Shown one piece after another: positions 26,015 through 38,405 of a stretch of 64,000 nucleotides of DNA. Source of the stretch: Octopus sinensis. Its lineage: Eukaryota. Each line of letters opens with the position of its first letter. Position 1 is the first letter of the stretch. The DNA is taken from positions 55,862,001 through 55,926,000 of the forward strand of contig NC_043000.1 of the NCBI RefSeq assembly GCF_006345805.1. Reading direction: 5' to 3'. The position numbers were made by a program, and so were the translations under genes. The notes under the pieces are model-generated. The model was not told where the DNA came from. It saw only the letters and a program-made list of their open reading frames with translations, and made no database searches.

Positions 26015-28982
26015 TTATAGGTTCATGCTCAATGTGGTTCCGTCATTCATTTGTACCATCTTTGCTACATTCACCCACCTTTTATTAAACCTTTCATTAG
26101 ACAAAACTTGCCTCACTACTCTTACCTTCATTTTCAAGTGATACTTGAAAAAGTTGATGAGAGGTTGACAAGAGAGGAAAGTATTTGTCTATAAACCTTT
26201 CAAACGAATCCACAATACGCATTCTTTCACCAGTATGATGAAAACTGCCTTGCCTTCCTGGTTAAAGGAAGGTGGCGGGGCAATATTTACGATAGACTCG
26301 GCTGACAACCGGACTCGTCCCACGCATGACAGCAACTGTTCAACAAAGCCCATAGGTCTGAAATATTTCGACATTGCACGAGTGTGTGCAGAAAAGTCTC
26401 GTCCCGAGTAGATCGCGTCTCGGGTAGATCGATCCGGTGTTTCTTGAACCGTGTCTGTAGACCTCATCTCGAATGGACAATGCTTTCCGATAGCATTGCT
26501 AGGCCATGTATTCATAGCATTGCTAGGCCAGGGATCCCTGGAAGTTGTCCATAGGTCCCGGCCCGAAAGTCGTCTTGAGCCGGAGGTTCAGGTATTCCTC
26601 GTCGATGCCCAGGATCGCCCCGAGATCGTCGTCGTACCTCACTTTCACTAAACCCCTATAGAATGCTATGGTTGTGATGCAGTCGCACAAGTTCGACCCG
26701 GGACGGCATAGTCGCTCGAGAGCAACGCGACACTCGCGGTACCATTCGCCCTTGTACAGATGCATCCGTTCGGTAATTCGCGTGAATGGGCATCAATCGA
26801 GACCTGTCGACATTGCACGTTCGGTCTGTCGTCGCTTCTGTACGCATTGATTCCCTAGCCACTACTATTTGGAGGTCCGACCAAACCAGATCCCGAGTAA
26901 GTCGACCAGACCGTCGGTCCAGCGTCCCACTACGGAGGCGCTGCTGGACGGCATGGGCTTGCTTTTCCGGGTGCCGAGCCGCAAGCCCACTGACATTTCC
27001 CGGCTGATTTTTGCTCCTGTCACCGCTTCGTAGTTTTTCAGTGTCTCGCCGACCAGCTCGATGTGCTCGTGACTAGACACTGCGAGATGCCCCTCAGCGT
27101 CGCCAGCTTCCGCGGTAGTGGCTAGAGAATCAATGCGTACAGAAGCAACGAGGCGGGGGGCATTCCTGACGGACCGAACGTGTAATGTCGACAGGTCTCG
27201 ATTGATGCCCATTCACGCGAATTACCGAACGGATGCATCTGTACAAAGCAGCTATCCAGCCGCGGAAGACGGGACCGAAACCGGCCGCTATGAGGACAGC
27301 CTCCAAGTATCGATGGTCTACCCTATCGAAAGCTTTGGATTGATTCAAATTGATCAGGGTCCTACCAATACCAGGTTCCTTAACTACCCTGTCTATGATG
27401 TAGCGCATCAGATGGAGGTTGTCATGAATGCTCCGGCCCGGCACGGCGCACGTTTGCGCCTTGTCGACCAGTTTCTCGATGGCAAGCGCCAACCTCTTGG
27501 CTAACACCCTGGCAAAAATTTTCATATCTGCACTGAGCAGATTGATGGGCCTACGGTTATCTATTACGTTCTCCTTGTTTGGATCTTTCTTCACAAAACC
27601 GAGGATGCTCCCGTTTTGCTGCCAGTTGCAGTACACTGTTGCCAAAACGCCTCCAAACAGTCTGGCAAACAACTGTAAAACTCGTAGGGCAGACCATCCA
27701 AACCCGGCGATTTGTCCCTCGACCAATTCGCCATCGCGTCCCGCACGTCCGCCGCCGTGATGGCACCCTTGCAACACTCTGCCTCTCTTGCCGAGAGTCG
27801 TGGCAGGCTGTGCAGGTAGGCACTGAAGTCCACCCTGCGTTCTCCCTCGCCACTCGTCCCGAACAGTCCGGTAAAATGCTGCTGAAATGCCGCACACATC
27901 TTGCTGGGCTCGAGTAATTCGCGCCCCTGTTCATCTACCAGAGACCGAATGGTGGCTTTGTTGCCCTGTTGCCCCTCCGCCATCCGGGTCTCTCGCGCGG
28001 CTCCAACACATTCGTCCCTTAGAGCACGCATCCTAGCCCTGATAACACACCCTTCGTGTTTGGCGCCAAAATGTCGGATGCTATGCCACTTCTAATCGCC
28101 TCTTCTTAACTAGGTCACCCTCTACTCTGTTTCTATCAATCGCTAGTGTATTGCTATACCTAATCGCTTCTGCTTTTATTGCTCTCTACAGGGCAAACCA
28201 CCATTTGTTGTTGATGATGGCTCCCGTCAAAACCCTCTTTACTAGCGTGCTAATTCGGTCTCGAAGAGACTATGTGCCTTATCTAAGTCTAGCGTATACG
28301 TCACAAGTTTGTGGTCCGTGTAGCTGACTATGTGGAATTGTGGACATACTAAGCTATCCCTATCTAATGTCCTACACAATATTTTATCTAGATACGATCT
28401 CGATGACCCAATGTGGTTGCTCCATCTCCACGTTGGCGCATTTTTGTGGTCGAGTCGGTACCTGTCAGACAGTTGAAAGCCTCTGAGCAGGTCTCTGAGG
28501 AATTTGCATTCCCGTCTATTTCTATCTCTGCCCACGTAGTCTAGATGCGTGTCCAAGGTAGCATTCAAATCCCCCACTAAAAGTAAAGGACAAGGCGTTC
28601 CTAGGAATACTTCTAGACGTCGAAAGAAATCCGGCCGACCTGTTAGCGGTGCATAGACTGAAGGGGGACGAAAAGCACACTCATTGCTGCCGTCGACATC
28701 AAGGACAACCAGTTTACCCTCCGGGTCTACGAATATTGTCTTTACTTCGAGATCCAGACTCTTCCGAAAAAGTACCACCGTGTCACTACCGCCCATTCTC
28801 AGCAGACAGGGAGAAAAATAAATGTTAAACTGTTCGCCAAACATGGATTTTAGGGCCCGTGGGTTATGGAGTTTGGTCTCACTTATGGCTATAATTCCTC
28901 ACTCGTGTGACTTTGTCATTTAAGAGGTATCCTCGTTTCCAAGGGATCCCCAAGTCACGCGCACACAACCAATCTTGATCAT
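26015..28982 (-). pseudogene. Tx1-like ORF2 (APE + RT), disrupted
   Basis: MIKIGC start at 28982; ISETKL, VYAP, LVGDLNA, SYLDKI, YTDHKLV; PGLDGLPYEFY, RPINLL-x-D-x-KI, PGRSIHDNL, SKAFDRVDH, SVRQ-x-CP; C-terminus INFFKYHLKMKVRV...RWVNVAKM, stop at 26015. Confidence 0.88.
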
Positions 28983-28999
28983 GATCCTAATGAGTTGTG

Positions 29000-29890
29000 T
29001 TTTTTAAAACACAAACGAAAGGAACAGAGAGATACTTACCGTTCGAAATTTTTGTCACCTCCTTTGATTTTTATCAAGGAGATGGCTATACAGTTTTTTG
29101 GAAGAGTATTTTTGACATCCCCCTACCGCATTGGAGTAGAGGGATTTTAGTGTGTGGTGCAAGGTCGGTGTTACGTGCAAAATGCTGATGTGTTCTGGTG
29201 GTGTTGTGTGCGGGTGATTGCTTGTTTTTATGTCATCTTCTGTTAAATCTTATGTATTCCATCAACTCTGTGTTTTTAGTGTTTATGGTTGTGAGCATGG
29301 TTGCGGTATATATTTTTGTGGTGTTGGTGATGGTGTTGGTGTTGTTTGTGTTTGATGTGTTCTGGTGGTGTTGTGTGCGGTGATTTCTTGTTTTCATGTC
29401 ATCTTCCGTTAAATCTGATGTATTCCATCAACTATGTGGTTTTAGTGTTTATGGCTGTGAGCATAGTTGCGGTAAATATTTTTGTGGTGTTGTTGATGGT
29501 GTTGGTGTTGTTTGTGTTAGAGTTCGAAAATTTTCCGGGAGTTGTATATCTCCCTGCTTTGTTCGCGTTTGTGTTTGGTTTGGTTCTTTTTTCGCTCTTC
29601 TTCCTCCTTCCTTTTCTAGTTATTTGCCATTCCTCACTACTTTCGTCTTTGGATGAAATTTCTGAGCAATCGGAAGGGGGTAAGGGCATGTTGTAAGTCT
29701 CTATCTATGTTTGTGTAAGTGGTTGTGTTGTTGTTTTCGTTTGTGTTGGTTGTTGATTGTGTGAGGTGTATGTGATTTAGGGGAGTCGGGATCTGTTTTA
29801 GTGTCTTCCTTTGGTTTTCCTGTACTTTTAGTTCTTGTTGTTGTTGGTGGTGGTGGTATTTTTCCAGGTGCTGTTTTATTTTCGATTGTT
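29000..29890 (-). pseudogene. Tx1-like ORF1 C-terminal low-complexity (T/K/N/P-rich) region
   Basis: Lies upstream of ORF2 on the same strand; EEWQITRKGRRKK segment; stops present. No conserved domain seen. Confidence 0.55.
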
Positions 29891-30001
<111 letters not shown>

Positions 30002-30576
30002 GTGTGTGTGCGCGGACATGCGTGTGTTTGTGTATGTATGATGTATGTATTTATGCATATCTATAGTCGAATAAAATTTGAGGAAAAGCCTTGCAGTGTG
30101 CTATACAAAGTTCATCCGCAGGCACTGGCTACCGAATGTCATCATATAGTGAGAATACCCATGTTACTTGATATACATCTGGAATCCCATAGTATCCGTA
30201 GCGCTTATACAAAGAAATGAATAAGAGAAAATTGATTGACCTATATTCTTTCTCCCATACACTACAATTGTTTCTACGTATTCTCACACCTAATGTAGTA
30301 CATTAGTGTACTATTTTCTGAAAATTGCTAATAATCGCACACTGCTTTGAGTATTCATTGGTGTATGGAGTGAAAAGACTGTTTCGTCTAACAAAGAACT
30401 TAATGAAAATACACGAATAAGCACATTTTACACTTTTTATGGATGGTAGTGATTGCGTAATATGTTAGTTATATCATCTTACGAACGTACTACAAATGCA
30501 ACGGCGAGCAGAAAGAATTGTAGTGATATGGAATAAAGAATGTCGTTCAATCCATATTCTTTTATTCATTTCTCTA

Positions 30577-30610
<34 letters not shown>

Positions 30611-31846
30611 CATACATACATACATACATACATACATACATACATACATACAAAGTGAGGGAGAGTGAGAGACAGAACAATCTGCCAAAAAGAGTAATAT
30701 CCAATATAATACGTGTTTATTTGTACATTAAATTATTTTCTATCAGTAATGTTTTAATATAATACATGCCAGAGGGTGAAAATGAAGAGAGAAAGAGAGA
30801 TTCCGCTTGTCTGATAGTCGAAGTAGGAAGAATGTATAAGATATTGTTAGAGAACAAAGGCGAAAGAGGGTTAAGCAGTTGGAGAAAGGTTACGTGTGAA
30901 CTGGAAAAGTGAAAAGTAGAGAGAGACAGAGAGAGAGACAGAGAGAGAGAGACAGAGAGAGAGAATGACAGACAGAGAGAAGGAAGATACGAAGAAAAGA
31001 TTTGAAGACGTGAAAGGCACAGTAAAGGTGCGCGTTAAATAAAATGCGTCAGAGAGAGAAATAGAGATGGGAAAGTTTGGAGAGGAAATGTGCAAACATG
31101 GCTGCAAGCGAAAGATTGGCGGAAGAGAAGTGTAGTAATGCGTAGCAATGTTTGTGACGTCACTTCTTGTATAGTTATGTCGTTCTCTTTTTCTCTCTGT
31201 TCTTCTCTCCATACATATTTATGGCGCATTCAAATAACAGTTTCTAAAATTTTCAATATTCGAAGAAACAGGATGGCTGGATGGTTTGTATTCATTTAAT
31301 TTACAGCTATAGCCCTCAAATAAACTAACGGAATTTTACATTACGCTGTGAGATATGAATTATAAATGGAAATTTAAGTTTGGGTCTATTTTAGAAAAGC
31401 GTTTGAAGTATAGTAAAATAAATAAATACATAAATAAATGGTATATCTGTCGCCATAGACGCAAATCAGTTGTGCAGAAGAATTTAGATTGGCATCTGTA
31501 GCTAATGTGAAAGGAACAAGCAATTTATAAGCGACTGCCGGTATAACACAAGGTGTATCTACTAAATCAGAACTCCCTATTTGTGTCTATTAAGCCGGAA
31601 ACAAAGAAAAAGTTGATTTTTTTTTCTGATATTAGTTGAAGTTACCAACCGTATTGCACCAAAAGGAAATATCAAAATTTTTAAAAACTGAGTGTATATC
31701 AGTTGACAGATCACATTGATAAGAACTTGATGTTTTGTTTGCCATGAGAAGTGAAAAAAATTCTGGTTCAGAAAGAATTCCAGTTATGGAGCCCAACGTA
31801 AAATAATTTCATAAACTGTTGCTCCGATCAACTTCAATTAATAATA

Positions 31847-32368
31847 CCGTAAATCCTCGAGTATAATCCGCATTTTTTCCCTAAAATTTAAAGGTCAAAA
31901 TCCCTAGTGCGTACTATATACGAGGTTAAAAATGAAAAATATTTTCTAAGCAATGTCCGAGTCTCTATTTGCTGTCCGGCAATGTTTATACAGACGCATT
32001 TTGTGATGTCGCGTGCGAAAATACCTTAAGCTAAGCCTCAAAGCAATGAGGTCATAAAAGAATCATCCATAACTTGCAGTAAGCAACATTTATTAAAATA
32101 AAAGTATTCAGAACACAGAATAACATGTAACAAAAACATTTTGCAAACATATTTACATTCCCATATAACAGTTAAGAACATCGCCATTATTGTATTACGC
32201 ATGCGCGGAAGTGTTTGTTCGACTAGGTGCTGCTAGCTCAATTACGCACGACTCAAGTTAGAGAAGGGGTGCGTATTATACACAAGTTTTACGTTTTTCA
32301 AAGGTACAGCCCCCTAAAAATCCCCTGCGTATTATACACAAGGGCGGACTATACTCGAGGATTTACGG
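31847..32368. mobile_element. MITE, pogo/Tigger-like (Tc1/mariner superfamily), 522 bp
   Basis: 25-bp TIRs ccgtaaatcctcgagtata(a/g)tccgc, 24/25 identical; TA on both sides (31845-46, 32369-70). Confidence 0.9.
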
Positions 32369-33094
32369 TAGTTAAAATCTTGTCCGTCTGTAGCTTCGCT
32401 GTTAAGGTTATCATGTCATTTGCTGTTGTTTACATGCTAGGAGAAAAGCCCTTTAACATACGCTTACAACGTTTCTCAACTGATGAACGAAACAAAATAT
32501 TATGTATTAAATTTGTAAAAAAATCAACGTTATTTATACTTTCTGGCACTAGGTGGTCTTCTCGAGAAGACGTTCTTTTATTAGACACAATCACTTCTGA
32601 TCAAATTGTCTAACCTGCAGCCAGGCATTCATGCTGTTTCATACGCTAATTCTCTGATGATAGTTTCCGTGTTAGTCTCGTTTGGTAATGATTCATATTC
32701 TACGAGGATTGGCCGTCATTTATCGCTTGACTATCTTGTCTTCTTCTCTCTCTCACCCACCCTCTTTCTCTCTCTCTCACTCTCTTTCTGTTAATCTGTT
32801 TATATAAGTGTTTGCGTATGCTTGTGTATGTATTTATATATATGTATGTGCGGCTGCATATACGCATGTATGTATATCTGTATGTAGTTGTGTTTCTTTG
32901 TACATGGTTTCTGTATATATATTGCTAAATACAACCGAAATATTTCACTGTCCCCAAATGCAATGAATCAAAATAAACATGATATATTTGTTTATCTTTG
33001 TCCGGATAAAAATGTGCATTTACGTAGATTTGATTAAATCTTACGCCCTTAGAGACATTCATTCAACATTATAAACACAGACAGACAGATTAAG

Positions 33095-33690
33095 TATGTA
33101 TGTATGCATGTATGTATGTATGTATGCATGTATGTATGTATGTATGCATGTATGTATGTATGTATGTATGTATGTATGTATGTATTATGTATGTATGCAT
33201 GTATGCATGTATGTATTATGTATGTATGTATGTATGTATGTATGCATGTATGTATGTAGGTATGTATGTATGTATTATGTATGCATGATGTATGTATGTA
33301 TGTTATGTATGTATGTATGTATTATGTATGTATGTATGCATGTATGCATGTATGCATGTAGTATGTATGTATGTATGTATGTATGTATGTATGTGTATGT
33401 ATGTATGTAGTATGTATGTATGTATGCATGTATGCATGTATGTATGTATGTATTATGTATGTATGTATGTATGTATGTTGTATGTATGTATGTATGTATG
33501 CATGCATGTATGTATGTAGTATGTATGTATGCATGTATGTATGTATGTATGTATGCATGTAGTATGTATGTATGTATGTATGATGTATGTATGTATGTAT
33601 GTATTATGTATGTATGTATGTATGTATGTATGTGTATGTATGTATGTATGTGTATGTATGTATGATGTATGTATGTATGTGTGTGTGTAT
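33095..33690. repeat. Long degenerate (ATGT)n tetranucleotide array
   Basis: Read directly; accounts for the many YVCM/HTYI pseudo-ORFs. Confidence 0.95.
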
Positions 33691-34004
33691 ACGTAAAGAA
33701 ACACACTCACACACATACACACACACTGGGATGAAGGGAACGGTTGATCTCAGCACCATTTGAATTCAGAGGGTAAAAAAATAGGAGAAATATCACCAGG
33801 CATGTTTCCGAAGTTATAAGGATTATGTCTGGTCATCCCATTCACTCATATAATATAATGCAAAATTTGTTTAGTTTGCTTTTTTCAGTTTACAAATGCC
33901 ACTGCATTTAGAAAATTACCAAGAATTTTGCATTCGATAAAATTCTTAATTTGTATATTTTTAAGTAAATTTGTTATTTATATCTACATAAAAGTATTTG
34001 ATAC

Positions 34005-34076
<72 letters not shown>

Positions 34077-34218
34077 TATATATATATAATATATATATAT
34101 ATAAAATATAGTATCAAATACTTTTATATATATATATTAATATTGTTTGCGGTTGAAGCCTTGGCTGCTATTTCTAGTGGGTTGAACGGCCTATTATGGC
34201 CGTTCCTAAATTTTGCTG

Positions 34219-34264
<46 letters not shown>

Positions 34265-34266
34265 AA

Positions 34267-34672
34267 ATGTATAAATGTGTGTTTGGTAATCAATGCCTCA
34301 GGAAGGAGGTAGTTTACCAATGCACTGTGGATACACAAATTAGTAGTAGGGTGTATATCGGAGCAACTATGAATAGCATGAAACAGAGACTGAATTATCA
34401 CAGATATACTTTTAGAAATAAAAATAGAATGTACTCTACAGGGTTAAGTGCATACATTTGGGAACTCAAAAGTAAGAACTTAGATTTTAGATTAAATTGG
34501 AAAATACTAACTTCAGCACCTGTGTATAATGGAAAAAATTAAAAAATGCTCTCTATGTATTAATGAAATTTTTTTCATTATTAAAGCGGGTAGGCATATT
34601 ATTAACAACATAAATGAAAAAAACTTTTTTTGCATTCATAAACTACCGTTCACCTTCTCTAGATTCAGATAG
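34267..34672 (+). pseudogene. Penelope-like element C-terminal GIY-YIG endonuclease (Neptune-type), one frameshift
   Basis: CVFGNQCLRKEVVYQCTV...VYIGAT...KQRLNYH...STGLSAYIWELK...WKIL. After a +1 shift near 34540: KCSLCINEIFFII...NNINEKNFFCIHK, stop at 34670-72. Confidence 0.85.
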
Positions 34673-36856
34673 AACTTAGCTTTTCTACTAATAATTTTTT
34701 AACTCCCTTCTGTAACTAACTATACTAGTGGTCTTCTATAATTCTAAAGCATGCAACTTATAAATTTATAGTTTTATATAATTTTGTAGCTACACATGTA
34801 TAATAATAGATGTGTCCAGTATTAATTGTTTTTTGTTTTTTGTATGTGGGTTTTTGTCTTGTTTTTGAGGGAAATACACTATGACAAGTAATAATACATT
34901 CATTTTGGTATTTGCCTTGTAATATGTGATTCTCGAAGTTTTCTAATATTGCATAGTGTATATGAATATCATGGTTAGTTACCTAGCTCTAGATAATGTA
35001 ATACTATTGTGCAATATATGAGAGCCTTTTGGGAGTTTGTTTTGTTTAGGATGAGAATCCAGGTTTTTTGTATGTGTTTATTTGGCAGGTTTATATTGTA
35101 TATTTGGTCTTTCTTTGTACTCACCTTAATTTGTATCTTATGCTATTTACTAATAAACCTTTTCATTTACAAACATTAGACTTTATAAATATTACCAGCC
35201 TTATATATTTAGTCTATATTTATAGTCTTCTGGATCTGTACATTAAATTATCCATCTATCCAATTTTTTACTCACTATTTACAGGTATAAACTTTCATAG
35301 TATTAGCCTGTATACTAAGTTTATATTGGTACTTTCTTCAATATATATCTTAACTTTATTTTATGTTATTGATTTACATTTATACTCTTTTATGTTTTAT
35401 GTATATGTGGATATATGCATATTAGCATTACTATATATTAGGTGTACCTGTACCTATGCATTTATCTGAATTGGTTCTCTATGGTATCTATCTTTGCATT
35501 TAGTCATCTAATTATTTATTTATTTATTTATTTATTTACTTATTTAAGTGTAGATTTATACATACATATCAAGTCATCTAATTATTTATTTATTTATTTA
35601 TTTTTTTTATTTATTTATTTACTTATATAAGTGTAGATTTATACATACATATCAATCATTTATTTCTTAATAATATATGAATACATATATACTGGTTTGT
35701 ACTTATATTATGTGTGTAATCGTAATTATTTCTTCTTATTTATTTTATCACATTTTAACTTAAGTATTTACAATCTTTTAATTTCTGTGATTTTCTTATA
35801 TACGATTGCATTAGTGAGTCCCCCAGTTGTTATTATTTAATGCCTAATCTTGTTTATAATGGCATAGAATTTAATAAGTAAAAAAGTGATATATATTTAT
35901 AATATAAAAATTAATCTATACTTTATAACTTAGCGTACATGAATCATAACTAATTACGGTAAATCTAGTAACCGTTATGTTGACTATGATAAAAACCGGT
36001 GTTAAATACGGAGGGTACCTAGTGAAATAGCATCCAACATCGTGATATATTGATATATAAATATATAAATCTTTGAAATAAATATTTTATGGAAATATAT
36101 GAGTGGATCTTTTTTGTTATTTGAGGCATAGTTATAATTTTGATAGACTAGATGACAGTATAGTTGCTCCCCTTTTTATTTATCTTTATGCTAGAGGTTG
36201 CTTGTGGATGTGTATGTGTATAAGTGTATGTGTGTGTGTGTGTGGACATATAATCATGTATGTATGTGCGATTGATCTGTGGGTGTGCGTGTGCGTATTT
36301 GCGTTTCTTGACTAACCAACCGTAAAATTTCTTTTGTGATTCAAATTTCAAACTACAAGCCAATCGAATTAATCTAGAATAATCAATATCAAGCGGACGG
36401 AATAACTAAACTCATAGTTATTTCGATTTTGAATGGATGGTCTTGGTGCAAACTTAACTGTATCTATTATTATTATTATTATTAATATTAATAGTAATTT
36501 ATATTGACTTTTATAGGTTTATAATTTTATGAACTGGACTATGGTTTTTTATTATTATTTTCAGGTATAGGTATGATTTTAATTTAAATAGTAGTGCGCA
36601 TACATCTCCCTATGTGTTAGTTTTTAGAACTATTAGCCAAATATGTAAAATAACTGTGCTTATTAATATTAATATATACACTGATATATATTTTGTTTTA
36701 TTTTGTTTTGTTTACCTTGCATTATTGTATCAATGAGTATTATATATGTGTAGCATTATGGAGTTTATGCACAAGTTTTTATATTTTGCATTTTTATATT
36801 TTTATATTTATATGTATATGAAAAAATAATTTTTTCACAATTATAACAAATTAAAT

Positions 36857-36966
36857 TCTCTGAAGAGGCCGTGGGGCATTCTTGTTAATGACTCATTTAT
36901 ACCTGCCTTTATGGCTTATAGGTTAAATGAGGTATGACTGCCCTTACTGCCGAAACAGCTGTCAGA
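36857..36966 (+). ncRNA. Type I hammerhead ribozyme motif with minimal stem III and about 85-nt stem II
   Basis: UCU, CUGAAGA (36860-66), GGC...GCC, GAAA (36952-55), C-AGCU-G, UC cleavage triplet GUC (36961-63), AGA. Confidence 0.7.
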
Positions 36967-37152
36967 TATGATATAATTACATATTATATTTTATATTTTA
37001 TATTTCTATTTCCTTGTCTATTTATATTTACTATATATTTTGTATAATGCCTTTACTGATATGTAATGGTGTAATAAAGTATTGATTGGGTATCATCTGA
37101 TAGTTGATGTTTTATTGATTTAAGTATGTTTCTCCATTTTCTAATTTTGTAG

Positions 37153-37199
<47 letters not shown>

Positions 37200-37200
<1 letters not shown>

Positions 37201-37385
37201 AGCACTGAAATGGCTGTGCGATAAGAATTTTGCTCCCCAACCACATGGTTCTGAGTTCCGTCCCACCGCGTGGTACCCTGGGCAAGTATTTTCTATTATA
37301 GAAAACACTTGTCAGTAGATTTGGTAGACGGAGACTGAAACCTTGTGAGTAGCATTGGTAGACTGAAGCTGAAAGAAACCCGTGG
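37200..37385 (+). mobile_element. SINE family A, 5' half, diverged, with internal duplication
   Basis: Head plus two copies of the ttggtagac..a.ctgaaa segment. Confidence 0.7.
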
Positions 37386-37432
37386 TAGTTATCATTAAAA
37401 ATAATTATGGCATTCATTATCTGCCACAAATA

Positions 37433-37982
37433 TTGGGTTGTCCGGAAAGTTCGTGCCGATTTATAGTAGCTTACCTTTCGACTTATGTTAGAACACGGTT
37501 GAGTCCATAAAATAGAATTTGACTACACCTCCATTTAGAGCACAGTTTAAGCTATCTTTTCGTGAAAGAATGTTTATGTTCTGATAACCTGTGTTAATTC
37601 TGTAACCCTTTAAAATAGAAGGTAAGAAAGTTCATTTTCGGCACTTGATGCTTTGGGAACCAGACAAAAATTGCTGCAGCTCGGTTGATATGCATTATCC
37701 CAGATATTTCTCCTTCGGATTTCCACTTATTCGGGTCTATGCAGAATAGTCTTAATGGTAAAAATTTCAATTCCTTGGATGACGTAAAAAGATACCTTGA
37801 TGAATTATTTGCTATGAAACCACCTACATTCTGAGAAAAGGGCATTTTCAAGTTAAAGGAAAGATCGAGACGCATTGTGCAACAAAATGGTTCATATTTG
37901 GTTAATTAAAAATGTAATGGCAAGTATTTATTGACCTTTTTCTTTCCTTTAAAAATCGGCACGAACTGTCCGGACAACCCAA
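37433..37982 (+). mobile_element. Non-autonomous mariner, 550 bp
   Basis: 30-bp TIRs ttgggttgtccgga(a/c)agttcgtgccgattt, 29/30 identical; TA flanks; internal PDISPSDFHLFGSMQNSLNGKNF...ERSRRIVQQNGSY. Confidence 0.92.
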
Positions 37983-38099
37983 TATTACAAATGTGCGGAT
38001 TCCCGAGCGTGGAAGATTTTTTTGTGGTTACTCACACCCTGCATCCTTTAAAGCAACCTGAAAAGCACATCGTAATAATGAAAATAGAACTTTGGCTAC

Positions 38100-38405
38100 T
38101 CCTTTAAGCCATTGCCTCCTACCCCAGTACTCATTTAATTTGGTAAGCCTGGTATTAATCTTATGTTCTTATACCGAACCGCTAAGTTATAGGGACGTAA
38201 ACAAACCCAGACCGACTGACTGTCAAGTGGTAATGCGAAACAAATAAAAACACACAATGATATATACATAGGCTTCAGTTTCCGTCTCCCAGATCCCTTC
38301 ACAGTACTTTACTCGGCTCGAGACTATAGTAGACGTCACTGAATCTGAAACCATGGGATCTGGAATCAAACTTCTTACCACTACCACATAATCATGCCTG
38401 CACCT
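38100..38405 (-). mobile_element. SINE family A, diverged
   Basis: accgaaccgctaagttatagggacgtaaac; cagtttccgtct; head ends cctgcacctata. Confidence 0.7.

Larger units (their letters stand above)
25741..29890 (-). mobile_element. Tx1/L1-clade non-LTR retrotransposon, 5'-truncated in ORF1, rearranged, flanked by (GATA)n
   Basis: GC-rich island with APE, RT and C-terminal Tx1-like motifs on the minus strand. Both junctions abut GATA arrays. Confidence 0.9.
34260..37155 (+). mobile_element. 5'-truncated Penelope-like element: endonuclease, long AT-rich 3' region, hammerhead; between (TA)n arrays
   Basis: EN remnant at the 5' end and a same-strand hammerhead near the 3' end; (TA)n at about 34225-34260 and 37158-37198. 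Continuity of the middle part is inferred. Confidence 0.6.

Noticed and set aside
33096-33722. Many overlapping YVCM/HTYI ORFs
   Set aside because: Products of the (ATGT)n array. The same applies to the IYIY, LSIY, ERER and VCVC ORFs elsewhere.
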